Positions 26,471 to 36,000 of a stretch of DNA of 41,985 nucleotides are shown here, piece by piece (positions within the stretch are counted from its first letter, which is position 1; every line of letters starts with the position of its first letter). Source of the DNA: Candidatus Sericytochromatia bacterium (GTDB lineage Bacteria > Cyanobacteriota > Sericytochromatia > S15B-MN24 > JAQBPE01); NCBI GenBank assembly GCA_040400605.1, contig JBBAPZ010000010.1, forward strand, positions 74,714 to 116,698, read 5' to 3'. The notes below the pieces were generated by a model. It saw only the letters and a list, made by a program, of their open reading frames with translations. It ran no database searches and had not been told where the DNA came from. Made by a program: the position numbers and the translations under genes.

Positions 26471-27381
26471 CAATGGGGGCCTTGCGTGAGTTTTGGGGTT
26501 TCTGTGGCGTGTTGGGGATTGTACTCGCGCTTGGCGTGGGGTCCTGTCACCGTGACGTTCAGCCAACCCAAGGGCTACGGATCGTTGCGACCACCACTAT
26601 GATTGCTGATCTGGCACGTCAATTGGGTGGTCATCGGGTGAATGTGACCAGTATTCTGGCGCCTGGTGGAGACCCCCACGTGTATCGGCCAGTTCCGCAA
26701 GATACGGAACGGCTGGCTTCTGCCGATCTCGTTTTGGTGAACGGTCTGCGGCTTGAGCATTGGATCGAGGATTTAATCGAGACAGCGGGGGTGAAACAAC
26801 GTGTGTTGGTTGTGAGCCAGGGCATCAAGGCGCGCGTGAGTCCCATTGATGCCAGCGTGCCCGACCCCCATTTCTGGTTTGATGTCACGCGCTGGCGCCA
26901 AGCTGCACGCAATGTCCGGGACGAGTTGATACGCGTGGATGCTTCGGGCGCTTCAACCTACCGTGAAAACCACCGTTTGTATGACACGCAATTGCTTGCT
27001 TTGCATCAGTGGGTTCAGGCGCGAATTCGCAGCATCCGTCCCGAAAGACGCAAACTGTTCACAAGCCACGATGCGTTCGCCTACCTTGGTGAGGCTTACG
27101 GCATCGATGTGGTTGCGATACAGGGCATTTCAACCGATGCTGAAGCCAGTTCACAAGATGTCGCCCGTGTGATTGATATGATTCGACGTTTTCGTATCCC
27201 GGCTCTGTTTATTGAAACGTCGGTTCAACCTGCCTTGTTGCAGCAGGTTGCCCGAGAGACCGGGGCCAAGGTGGGTGGGAGTCTTTACAGTGATTCCATG
27301 GGGTTGCCTGAGCAAGGGAGCGGTAGTTATGTCGGAATGATCCGTGATGACGTCGCGCAAATTGTGGAGGGCTTGCAGTGA
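26464..27381 (+). CDS. Mn/Zn ABC transporter substrate-binding lipoprotein (TroA/MntA-like)
   Basis: Lipobox VGSC; GDPHVY, PDPHFW, SHDAFAY, ETS, LYSDS. Confidence 0.93.
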   Translation: MLTMGALREFWGFCGVLGIVLALGVGSCHRDVQPTQGLRIVATTTMIADLARQLGGHRVNVTSILAPGGDPHVYRPVPQDTERLASADLVLVNGLRLEHWIEDLIETAGVKQRVLVVSQGIKARVSPIDASVPDPHFWFDVTRWRQAARNVRDELIRVDASGASTYRENHRLYDTQLLALHQWVQARIRSIRPERRKLFTSHDAFAYLGEAYGIDVVAIQGISTDAEASSQDVARVIDMIRRFRIPALFIETSVQPALLQQVARETGAKVGGSLYSDSMGLPEQGSGSYVGMIRDDVAQIVEGLQ

Positions 27382-28157
27382 GCGCACCTGAAATTGTTTC
27401 GCCCATTGCAACCAGTGCTGATGCGCACGCCGCCATCGCGGTGACAGGACTGGTTGTTGCGTACGAGCACCGCACGGTTTTAGACCACGTTCAGTTCAGT
27501 TTACCCCAAGGCGCCATGAGTGCGATCGTCGGACCAAATGGTGCCGGCAAAAGCACGCTGCTGAAAGCTATTTTGGGTCTGATCAAGATCGAGCGTGGCA
27601 GCCTGTCTGTTTTTGGCAAGCCGTTTTGCCCCAAGGCGTCGGGTGTTGCCTATGTGCCACAACGCAGCAGCGTGGATTGGGATTTCCCTGCGACCGTTCT
27701 GGATGTGGTCATCATGGGGCGCTATGGGCAAATGCCTTGGTGGCGCTGGCCCGGAGCCAATGAACGTCGGATGGCGCTTGATGCCTTGGCCCGCGTCGGA
27801 CTTTTTGACCTGGCACAGCGTCGTATCAGCGATCTTTCAGGTGGCCAGCAGCAACGGGTGTTTTTGGCCCGTGCGCTGGTTCAGGAGGCACGCCTGTATC
27901 TCCTTGATGAACCATTTTCAGGTGTGGACGCCGCTTCGGAGGCTGTTATGGTCGGACTTTTACAGGAGATTTGCCAATCCGGCGCCACTGTCGTCGCCGT
28001 CCACCACGACTTGTCAACGGTCAAACGTTACTTTAGCCACCTGTTGTTGCTCAATCGTGCGGTGTTGGCATGCGGCCCCGTTCATGACACATTCACCACT
28101 GCCGCGTTGCAGCAGGCCTACGGCGCTTATCTGCTGAATGTGAACGAGGTGCCTTGA
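27378..28157 (+). CDS. Metal ABC transporter ATPase (TroB/MntB-like)
   Basis: GPNGAGKST, LSGGQQQR, LLDEP, VHHD; GTGA overlap. Confidence 0.95.
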   Translation: MSAPEIVSPIATSADAHAAIAVTGLVVAYEHRTVLDHVQFSLPQGAMSAIVGPNGAGKSTLLKAILGLIKIERGSLSVFGKPFCPKASGVAYVPQRSSVDWDFPATVLDVVIMGRYGQMPWWRWPGANERRMALDALARVGLFDLAQRRISDLSGGQQQRVFLARALVQEARLYLLDEPFSGVDAASEAVMVGLLQEICQSGATVVAVHHDLSTVKRYFSHLLLLNRAVLACGPVHDTFTTAALQQAYGAYLLNVNEVP

Positions 28158-29047
28158 TTGTGTCGCAAACAGCAACCCTGATTGGCATTGACGGGGCTTT
28201 TCACGAGATTGCGTTGGCCTTGCGTTATGATTTTTTGCAGCAAGCCCTCGCGGGTACGATGTTGATGGGCATCGCTTGCGGGTTGATGGGGGCGTTGCTG
28301 TTGCTGCGCCGCATGGCTTTGTTCGGTGATGCAATCGGGCATGCGGTCTTGCCGGGCGTCATGGTGGGGTACTTGCTCGGAGGCAAACAGTTTGCCTGGA
28401 TTTTCGCGGGCGCGTTGCTGGCTGGCATGGTGGCCGCATCTGCTGTGTTTTGGATTCCCCAAGCCAGCAGGATTCGTCCGGATGCTGCCATGGGGGCCGT
28501 ATTTACGGGCATGTTCGGTCTGGGGATTGTACTGCTCAGTCGGTATCAAAGTGGTTCAGGCGGCGTATCGGGCCTGCTCTTCGGTCATGCGCTCGGTATT
28601 GGTCCCTCAGAAGTTGCCTGGGCGTTCGGCAATCTGCTGGTGGTGCTGCTGTTACTTGGCGTGGCGTGGAAGCCGCTCAAACTGATGAGTTTCGATCCCA
28701 TCCAAGCCGAAGTGACCGGCGCACCGACGCGTGCCCTGACCCACTTGTTAATGCTGGTTTTGACCGCCACCATCGTGGTCAGCCTGCCGATGGTGGGCGC
28801 CGTCCTGGTTGCCGCATTGTTGATTCTACCTGCGGCCGCCGCCAGCCTCGTCGCGCGGCATTTTGGCACATTGCTTTTGCTCGCGGGCATCGGCGGGGGG
28901 GTAGCCTCGCTCGTCGGGCTATGGGTGAGTCACGCGTGGGGACTTGCCAGCGGTGCTTCCATAGTCTTGTCGGCAAGCGCCCTGTTTGTGCTCATGGGAT
29001 GCGTCAGAGGCGCCCGAAGGCACAAGGCGAGCGTGAGACATGGCTGA
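28154..29047 (+). CDS. Metal ABC transporter permease (TroC-like)
   Basis: RRMALFGDAIGHAVLPG, DAAMG, SFDP, multiple TMs. Confidence 0.93.
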   Translation: MIVSQTATLIGIDGAFHEIALALRYDFLQQALAGTMLMGIACGLMGALLLLRRMALFGDAIGHAVLPGVMVGYLLGGKQFAWIFAGALLAGMVAASAVFWIPQASRIRPDAAMGAVFTGMFGLGIVLLSRYQSGSGGVSGLLFGHALGIGPSEVAWAFGNLLVVLLLLGVAWKPLKLMSFDPIQAEVTGAPTRALTHLLMLVLTATIVVSLPMVGAVLVAALLILPAAAASLVARHFGTLLLLAGIGGGVASLVGLWVSHAWGLASGASIVLSASALFVLMGCVRGARRHKASVRHG

Positions 29048-29897
29048 CATCCTGCTGGCATCGTGGTTTTGGGAATCAACCGCACTGGTTGTCATAACGG
29101 CTGCCCTTTGCGCACTGGTGGGGAGTTTCATCCTGCTGCGCAAAATGAGCTTACTGGCTGATGCCGTCAGTCACAGCGTGCTGCCCGGTGTCGTTGGCGC
29201 CTATTTGCTGGTCGGTTACCACACGGTTGCTTTTTTGCTGGGTGCCGTGATGTCAGGCTTGTTATGCGTGTGGTGTGTGGGATTTTTGTTGCGCCATACA
29301 CGTCTGAAAGAAGACGCGGCGACCGGTGTTGTTTTCAGTTCCCTGTTTGCGCTGGGTATCGTGTCTGTTAGCCGCCTTAAAACGGTCGATCTCGATCCTG
29401 CCTGTGTCGTGTTTGGGGAAGCCATGGCAGCAAGACCTGGCAGCCTTTGGCTGGCAATCGGGCTGTTGCTGCTGGCTGCAATCTTGATTGCCCTGTTTTT
29501 CAAACCACTGTCACTGGGTAGCTTTGATCCCCTGCAAGCCCGTCTTCAAGGCCTGCCTGAACGCCAGGTCCACACAGGCTTGCTTGTCATGCTCGCTTTG
29601 ACGACCGTTGCAGCGCTGCGCGCCGTCGGACTCGTGTTGGCGATCGCTTTTTTGATCACGCCGGCCGCCACCGCTTTCGTGCTTACCCGACGTTTGAGGA
29701 CCATGCTAGGATGCGCCCTCGGTCTCGCCGTGATTGAATCCGTCGTCGGCATGGTGCTCGCTGTTTGGTTGAACGTCAGCCCCTCGGGCTTGATTGCAGC
29801 AGTCGCCTTGCTGGTTTTGATCAGCGTACTGACCTTTCAGACGCTCGCTCAGCGCGTCTCCGGCACGAAATTGAAAGCGGCCGAATTCGTGCAATAA
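29040..29897 (+). CDS. Metal ABC transporter permease (TroD-like)
   Basis: [34 protein letters not shown]. Confidence 0.93.
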   Translation: MADILLASWFWESTALVVITAALCALVGSFILLRKMSLLADAVSHSVLPGVVGAYLLVGYHTVAFLLGAVMSGLLCVWCVGFLLRHTRLKEDAATGVVFSSLFALGIVSVSRLKTVDLDPACVVFGEAMAARPGSLWLAIGLLLLAAILIALFFKPLSLGSFDPLQARLQGLPERQVHTGLLVMLALTTVAALRAVGLVLAIAFLITPAATAFVLTRRLRTMLGCALGLAVIESVVGMVLAVWLNVSPSGLIAAVALLVLISVLTFQTLAQRVSGTKLKAAEFVQ

Positions 29898-30448
29898 CGC
29901 AATCTGGTCGGCGGCGGACCATCCGGAAACACATGACCCAAATGCCCATCACACCGGTTGCAGATGATTTCAGTCCTGACCATGCCGTGACTGCGATCCT
30001 CCCGCGTCGCGACGGCATCCGGAGCAACAGGCTGAAAAAAACTGGGCCAACCAGTCCCCGATTCATACTTGCTGTTCGAGGAAAACAAAGGCGTGCCGCA
30101 GCCTGCACAATCGTACCGACCCGCTGCATGATTGTTCCAGAAGGCTCCGGTTAAAGCACATTCCGTCCCCTTCTCCCGCAAAATGTGATACTGCTCGGGC
30201 GTCAGCAACTGCCGCCATTCCGCATCAGACTTGACCACCTTACTCATGGTTTTCACCACCTTCCGCTGAACCCCAGGACGCGAAACATCGGTTGCACTGC
30301 CTGATGGCCGCACCCCCCGATCGCTACTAGCCGCATTGGCTGCAGCCAAATGCAGCGTTTGAGGGGCGATCGCCATCAACACCAAACAACCAAATACCAA
30401 CGCCCTAACGAATAAAATACTACCCTTGACACCCCGAAATGTGCGCAT
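29849..30448 (-). CDS. msrB: Peptide-methionine (R)-S-oxide reductase, possibly with an N-terminal signal peptide
   Basis: [14 protein letters not shown], two CxxC motifs, [24 protein letters not shown]. Alternative start ATG 30247. The 3' end overlaps the convergent permease gene by 49 bp. Confidence 0.95.
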   Translation of the reverse strand: MRTFRGVKGSILFVRALVFGCLVLMAIAPQTLHLAAANAASSDRGVRPSGSATDVSRPGVQRKVVKTMSKVVKSDAEWRQLLTPEQYHILREKGTECALTGAFWNNHAAGRYDCAGCGTPLFSSNSKYESGTGWPSFFQPVAPDAVATREDRSHGMVRTEIICNRCDGHLGHVFPDGPPPTRLRYCTNSAAFNFVPETR

Positions 30449-30470
30449 TTTATATCACATTTTCACCCAG

Positions 30471-31235
30471 TCACGGTGAAGGAGCGGGCGAAGGGCCCAC
30501 CACAGTGAGCGCCAATAAGCCCCGGTAACGAGACTCCAACGCATACGTAGCAACAATCGTTACCCGACCAGGCGCAACTGCGTTGACTTCTCCAGTGGTT
30601 CGATTGACCCGGGCGATGGTGTCATCACTGGAAGACCAATTGACGTTGCCGTTGATCTCACCATTGGCCATTCGCACCTCCGCAATGGCTTTACGACTTT
30701 CACCCACCGTCAGCGTGAGGCTGGCAGGCGTCACGCTCACCTGCTCCACCAACACCGTATCCAGAACTTCGATCGTTAAGGTTGCCCGTGCTGAACCAAC
30801 AGGTGAGCCCTTGAAGCGCGCATAAATAACCGCTGTGCCCGGAGAAGCCCCTCTGATACGCCCCGTTTGTGTGTCGATCGACACCAGGGAGCTATTGCTC
30901 GTCGACCACTCAACTTCCCGAACACCCGGAATATCCCCATCCAGGGTGCGCAAGGAAGGCAGCAGGTCCAGATCTCGACCCACCTCGACGGTGAACATCT
31001 GCTGGGCCGCCACCAACCCGACCGGCCGAGGAGTCGGCGTGGGCGTCGGTGTCAAACGGTGAATGAGACCAATGACATCGGTATCCCTCTCCGTCGAATC
31101 GATCGCGATCGCCTCCTCTTCACTGACCGACTCGATCAACGGTCCCCAAGCATTGGTGTTGTAAACCGTACAAGCAAAAGTTGTGGCCAAAACGTTTCCA
31201 ACAAACAAATACTGAATCAAACGTCTCAACGCCAT
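30471..31235 (-). CDS. Lipoprotein with two bacterial Ig-like (Big_2-type) domains
   Basis: Signal ending TFAC; PTPTP linker; two repeats of WSxS....A.V...G.V.A..PG...I. Start taken at ATG 31235. Confidence 0.85.
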   Translation of the reverse strand: MALRRLIQYLFVGNVLATTFACTVYNTNAWGPLIESVSEEEAIAIDSTERDTDVIGLIHRLTPTPTPTPRPVGLVAAQQMFTVEVGRDLDLLPSLRTLDGDIPGVREVEWSTSNSSLVSIDTQTGRIRGASPGTAVIYARFKGSPVGSARATLTIEVLDTVLVEQVSVTPASLTLTVGESRKAIAEVRMANGEINGNVNWSSSDDTIARVNRTTGEVNAVAPGRVTIVATYALESRYRGLLALTVVGPSPAPSP

Positions 31236-31301
31236 ACCACTTTCTCGCTCCACTGGAATCAAATAGCCAGCGTGACAATCGTCACGCCGGCTTGATTGCG
31301 T

Positions 31302-32063
31302 CTAATTGGCGCTCGCCGAAGGCGATGGCACAGGCGTCGCTGCCGGTGTCGAAGATGCCTGCGTCGGGGCAGGTGTCGGAGCGGGTGTCGCAGTAGAAGG
31401 CGGCATATCCACCGAGACTACCGTCGTTGCCCGAACGGTTCCAGCCGTATCCGATGTAAAGGTAATCGTCGCCCGACCCCGTTTTCGTCCCGATACCAGT
31501 CCGTCGCTGTTGACAAACGCAATCGTGGAATCGGAACTGCTCCATGAACCATTCCGGTTGATGCGGCCACTGCTATCCTTGATCTCCGCCTGGAGTTGGA
31601 CAGTCTGATTGATATCAATCTGCGGGTTCTCCGGCGTGATAACAGCGTTCAGGTCCTCGATGACACCCTCTTTCACCGTCACAGCAATCAGTGCGAACTT
31701 GTTGGCATCGACCATCGACTGTGCCCGAACCGTCGCAGTTCCCTCGGTCACACCCGTTATCTCACCGGTTGTGGGGTTGATCGCTACCCTGGTTGTGTCA
31801 TCGGAGGAGAAATTGACACGCGAATCACTGCTACCGTCTGCATAACGCACCGTCGCTTGAACCTTGGCTGACTTTTTCACCTGAATGACCAACGTGCTCT
31901 GACTGAGTGTGATACCGGTGACAGCCTTGTTGGCCAGGTCATTGTTGGTCGCTGTTCCGTCCTGGCCAGTCACCGTTGGCGGAACCGACGCATTGATCAC
32001 ACAAGCCGACACCGACAAGGCACCACAAACCAATGCGAGTATCAATTTTTTTTGAATCATCAT
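31302..32063 (-). CDS. Lipoprotein with two Big_2-type Ig-like domains and a P/T/A tail
   Basis: AAGGAG RBS; lipobox VSAC; FSSDDTTRVAINPTTGEITGVTEG and WSSSDSTIAFVNSDGLVSG. Confidence 0.9.
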   Translation of the reverse strand: MMIQKKLILALVCGALSVSACVINASVPPTVTGQDGTATNNDLANKAVTGITLSQSTLVIQVKKSAKVQATVRYADGSSDSRVNFSSDDTTRVAINPTTGEITGVTEGTATVRAQSMVDANKFALIAVTVKEGVIEDLNAVITPENPQIDINQTVQLQAEIKDSSGRINRNGSWSSSDSTIAFVNSDGLVSGRKRGRATITFTSDTAGTVRATTVVSVDMPPSTATPAPTPAPTQASSTPAATPVPSPSASAN

Positions 32064-32566
32064 TTAAACTCCTTTTTTGGGCGAAATTTGACGGGATGTT
32101 GCGGCTCACGACTTTTTGCTAGCCTTGCCGTGACGGCTTCCGGACACGAACCACTGTACCATCTGATGCTAACTGACTTCCAGTTTTGACTCCGGTTTAT
32201 GCCGGCTGGCTGACAGTAAACAGATTTAACACGTATTTTATTCCCAGTTTGCTGGTGTCATTAACGCTTTTTCGCCTAAGCCTGTGTAAGCGGCAGCTTG
32301 GCTGACTCAGTTGGACGCGCTATGGCAAAATTTCAGGCTTGGCGCGGTCGCGGTCAATATCCGAAGTGGCCATTGCCCAAACGAAAATTGCGCAAACAAT
32401 CGCTGAATCGTATGAATGGCAGCATCCGGTCTTGGTTAGGCGCGTTTTAGGGATGCATTGTTGGATCGGCGTGCCAGGTGCGCGCGTTCTTGCATTCGCG
32501 GCGACGGGTTCTGAACAGGTGACAAACATGTTGATAATGGTCTTTGGCTCGGGTTAAAGTCCGGAC

Positions 32567-32938
32567 ATGTCTCTGTACCTGACTGGACGCGCGCTTGGTG
32601 CACGCTTTGAACGAATCGCCTGGGGCTATCTTGTGGCCAAAGGTTTTCGGATCCTGGCGCGTAACTACCACTGCGGCCGGGCCGAAATTGATCTGATCGG
32701 CAGTGATGGCGAGATGCTTGTTTTTGTCGAAGTGAAAGGGCGGTGTACGGATCGCTTCGGTGAGGCTGTTGAGGCTGTTGATCCGCGCAAGTTTGCACGG
32801 CTGCGTCACGCGGCCAGACATTATCTGCATCGTCACAGGGTTTGGGGAAGCCCCTGTCGCTTCGATGTCGTCACAATTCTGTTGATTGCGGGGGTGCCGC
32901 ATATCACCCATTTTCAGCACGTGTTTTCGAGCGATTAA
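32567..32938 (+). CDS. yraN: YraN/UPF0102 family putative endonuclease
   Basis: G..FE..A..YL..KGF.IL.RNY, EIDLI, LVFVEVK, RFDVV. Confidence 0.92.
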   Translation: MSLYLTGRALGARFERIAWGYLVAKGFRILARNYHCGRAEIDLIGSDGEMLVFVEVKGRCTDRFGEAVEAVDPRKFARLRHAARHYLHRHRVWGSPCRFDVVTILLIAGVPHITHFQHVFSSD

Positions 32939-33037
32939 AGATGCCGGTTTGATGTGTTATATTGCGGCGCTCATGAGGAATAAGCCCAAGGGAGTATGTT
33001 TGATGCCAGGCACCCCGAATGGTTTTGAAAGAAACGC

Positions 33038-36000
33038 ATGACAATCATAAGTGGTCTTGATTTCGCCAAAGCATCCCTTCTTTCTTCGCGCGGCGCTCGT
33101 CGTGTGTATCGTGTCGAGGACGAGGAGTCCGGTCAGGCTTGGGGCTTGTTGAAGCGTGTGTCACAGTCTTCGTCAACCGATGTTCTGAGGCTTGATGTTT
33201 GGGGACTGACCGCGCTCTCGTGTCCGATTTTGCCCCAAATTTTTGACATCATACGAACCGAGGATGGTCACCCTTGTGCATTGATTGAGGCAGTCAAGGG
33301 TGAACCACTCTGGCTTGATGCGGTGGACGTCGGGCAATTCGGGGCGCTCGTTCGTCAACTTTGTGGGTTTTTGGAGCTTTTGCATGCCCAAGGTATGGTG
33401 GCAGTGGATCTGGATCCTTCCGGGATGTGTTGGCAAGCAGGGAGCCGGCTTCGTCTGGTCGACTTTGGCGCCGTACAGTGTGTCGGGACATTGCCAGGCT
33501 TGCCACATCGCATCCGTGCCCCGGCGCCCGAAATTTGTCAGGGCGGTCCGGCGGAGGTGCACAGTGATCTGTATGCGTTGGGAGTTTTGATTCAGGACTG
33601 GTTGGAGGAGGAGTTTTCATCTGGTGGCAACCGTTCAGGGGACGGGCGGCAGACAGCCGGTGCAGCAGTCGTTTGTGAAGAGTCAGGCTTCTTTTTGCCA
33701 TTGGAAACCTGGCGCGAAATCGCCTCTGGATTGCTTGATGAAAAGCCTATCAAGCGTCAGTTGGCGTATCGTCACCTTTTAAAACGGTTTGATGTCGAGA
33801 CCGAGCAGCACCCCAGCCTCGGGCTGGGCCGCCATTGGGGCGGGCGTTCGGAGCTTTTGACCCAATTTGAGACACAACTTCAGGCGGTTCGCAACACGCG
33901 CACAGGTGAGTACCTTCACATGGGTGGGGGGGCCATGGTGGGCAAGTCGCACACCTTGGAGCGATTGGCGATGCTCGCGGATGCGGCGGGATTTTGTGTG
34001 TTGCGGGGGCGGGGCGGCGATTCCCATCGACCGTATTCAGCGGTTATCACGGCACTGGAAGATGCACTGGAATGGATGGGCTCAGGCGACGCCGTGCCAA
34101 GTAGCCGGATACGTGAGTATCGAATGAGCCTGGCTCCGGTTCTTGAGGGGTTGTCGTTGCCGCAGGGATATCAGGGGTTGCCGCCCGATCGGGAACGGGA
34201 GCGCATTTTGAGTGCCGCATTGTCCTGTTTAATCGATCTCGCGACACGCAAGGGCTTGGTGTTCTTGCTGGACGACTGGCATGAGGCTGATTTGGCCAGT
34301 CGTGAGTTGGTGGCGCAATTGATTCAACGTGTGTCAGGTGTTCCTTTGTTGATTGTCACAATGGGTTTGACGGAGGAAGTGGCCATCAAGGGACAGTATT
34401 GGCCGTTGTCTGCCCTGACATCGTCGGAATGGCATGCGCTGGTTGAAGATTGTTTAGGTACCCATATCCCGCTGCCGGTACTGGAAGAATGGTACGAGGC
34501 GTCTCAAGGGATTCCTGGTTTGTTTTGGCCTGTGTTGGCGCGTTGCGTCGAGGTGGGTCGATTGCGTCTGGGTGATGATGGCTGGATCGTCGTTGACGTA
34601 TCGGTGACCGAAGGGGAAGGCGTCGATGCGTCGCTGTCGGCTGATCTGTCACGGTTGATGCATGATTTGGCTTTCGGTGGTCAGCGATTTCCACTCGAGT
34701 GCGTGTATCGACTCGTTGCTGACTGGCCCGTCGCGCAGGTGCATACGGCTATCATGACTTTGATCAGGCGACGTTATCTGATGCAGTTGGGTGATTTTAT
34801 CGGTTGGCAACAGGCCAGTCAGCGTCGCGCGCTCCAAGCTGCGGTCGCCTTGCCGGAGCGACAGCAGCACTTTGATCGGCTGGCCTTGGCTATTGCGCCT
34901 CCGTACAGCAGCCAACCCGTAGGGGCCGCCCTGGTCGAGTGGGCTTCATACCTGTCTCGGGGCACGATGAGGCAAGAAGCGGTTTTTAGCATTTTGCAGG
35001 CGGCACGTTGTCTCGGCTCATTTGGGCTGACCACGATGGCGCTTCCGTTTTTGGATGCGTTGAGTGTGCCTGAATACGGTGAGTGGGCCGTGGATGTTCA
35101 GCGTGATTATGATGTGTTGTATGCCGGCTTGCTGATTGAGAGCGGTGCTGTCGAAGCGGCATTGGCGCGTCTAAGTGAAGAGTCTGCGTTCCATGCGGGC
35201 GGAGTGGGAGAATTGCTCGGATTTGAACGTCAGTTATGCTTGGCTCGGGCTTATGCCAAATTGGGTGATTTTCAAACATCCTACCAGTATTTTGTTGACG
35301 TCGAGTTGAGTGCACGGCGACTTGAACGATTGACGGTGATGTTGCAAGCCTTGTTGGGGCTTGCTGTCTGTCATCTGGCTCTGAAACAGCCAGATTTGGC
35401 GAAACCTGTCTTGAATGAGGCGCTTGATCTTGGCAGAGCGTCTGGAAACCTTTTCGTGGTGGGGCAAAGCCTGTTGCTGCTGGGTCGGGTGCATCTCTTG
35501 GATTTGACGGATGCGGCCAGAAATGATGGGACTGAACGTGCGATTCAGTATTTGGAACAGTCCGTTGCGGTTCATGAAGCGATGGGTGATCGACGCGGGT
35601 TGTTGGAGAGCCTGACCTGCCTGGGAGAGGTGCAACTGCGTGTCGGAAGACTGAAGGCGTCTGATCGTCATTACGTTCGCGCTTTGGAGATTACACAGTC
35701 GCTTGGCGCACGCCATTCGGAAATTGACATCCGACTCACTTTGTCGCGTTTGTCATTGCAGCAGGGAAATTGTCTCTGGGCTTGGGAGTATGCCAATACG
35801 ACACTCGAAATGACCGAGGGGCCGGATGAGACGCCATTACGCCTTGCCGCTCACATTCTTGGTATCTGGTCCCGTCAAATGCTTGGTCGCCTGGAGGGGC
35901 TCGCCGAAGAAATCGGGTCAGTGATGCTTGCCGTCCGTGCGCTGTCAGTCGCAGATTACCGCAATTCGTTGATGTTTGATCTCTGTGAGGTGTTTCTGAG

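Noticed and set aside
32320..32557. Short ORFs between the Ig lipoprotein gene and yraN
   Set aside because: No RBS or motif; mutually overlapping on both strands.
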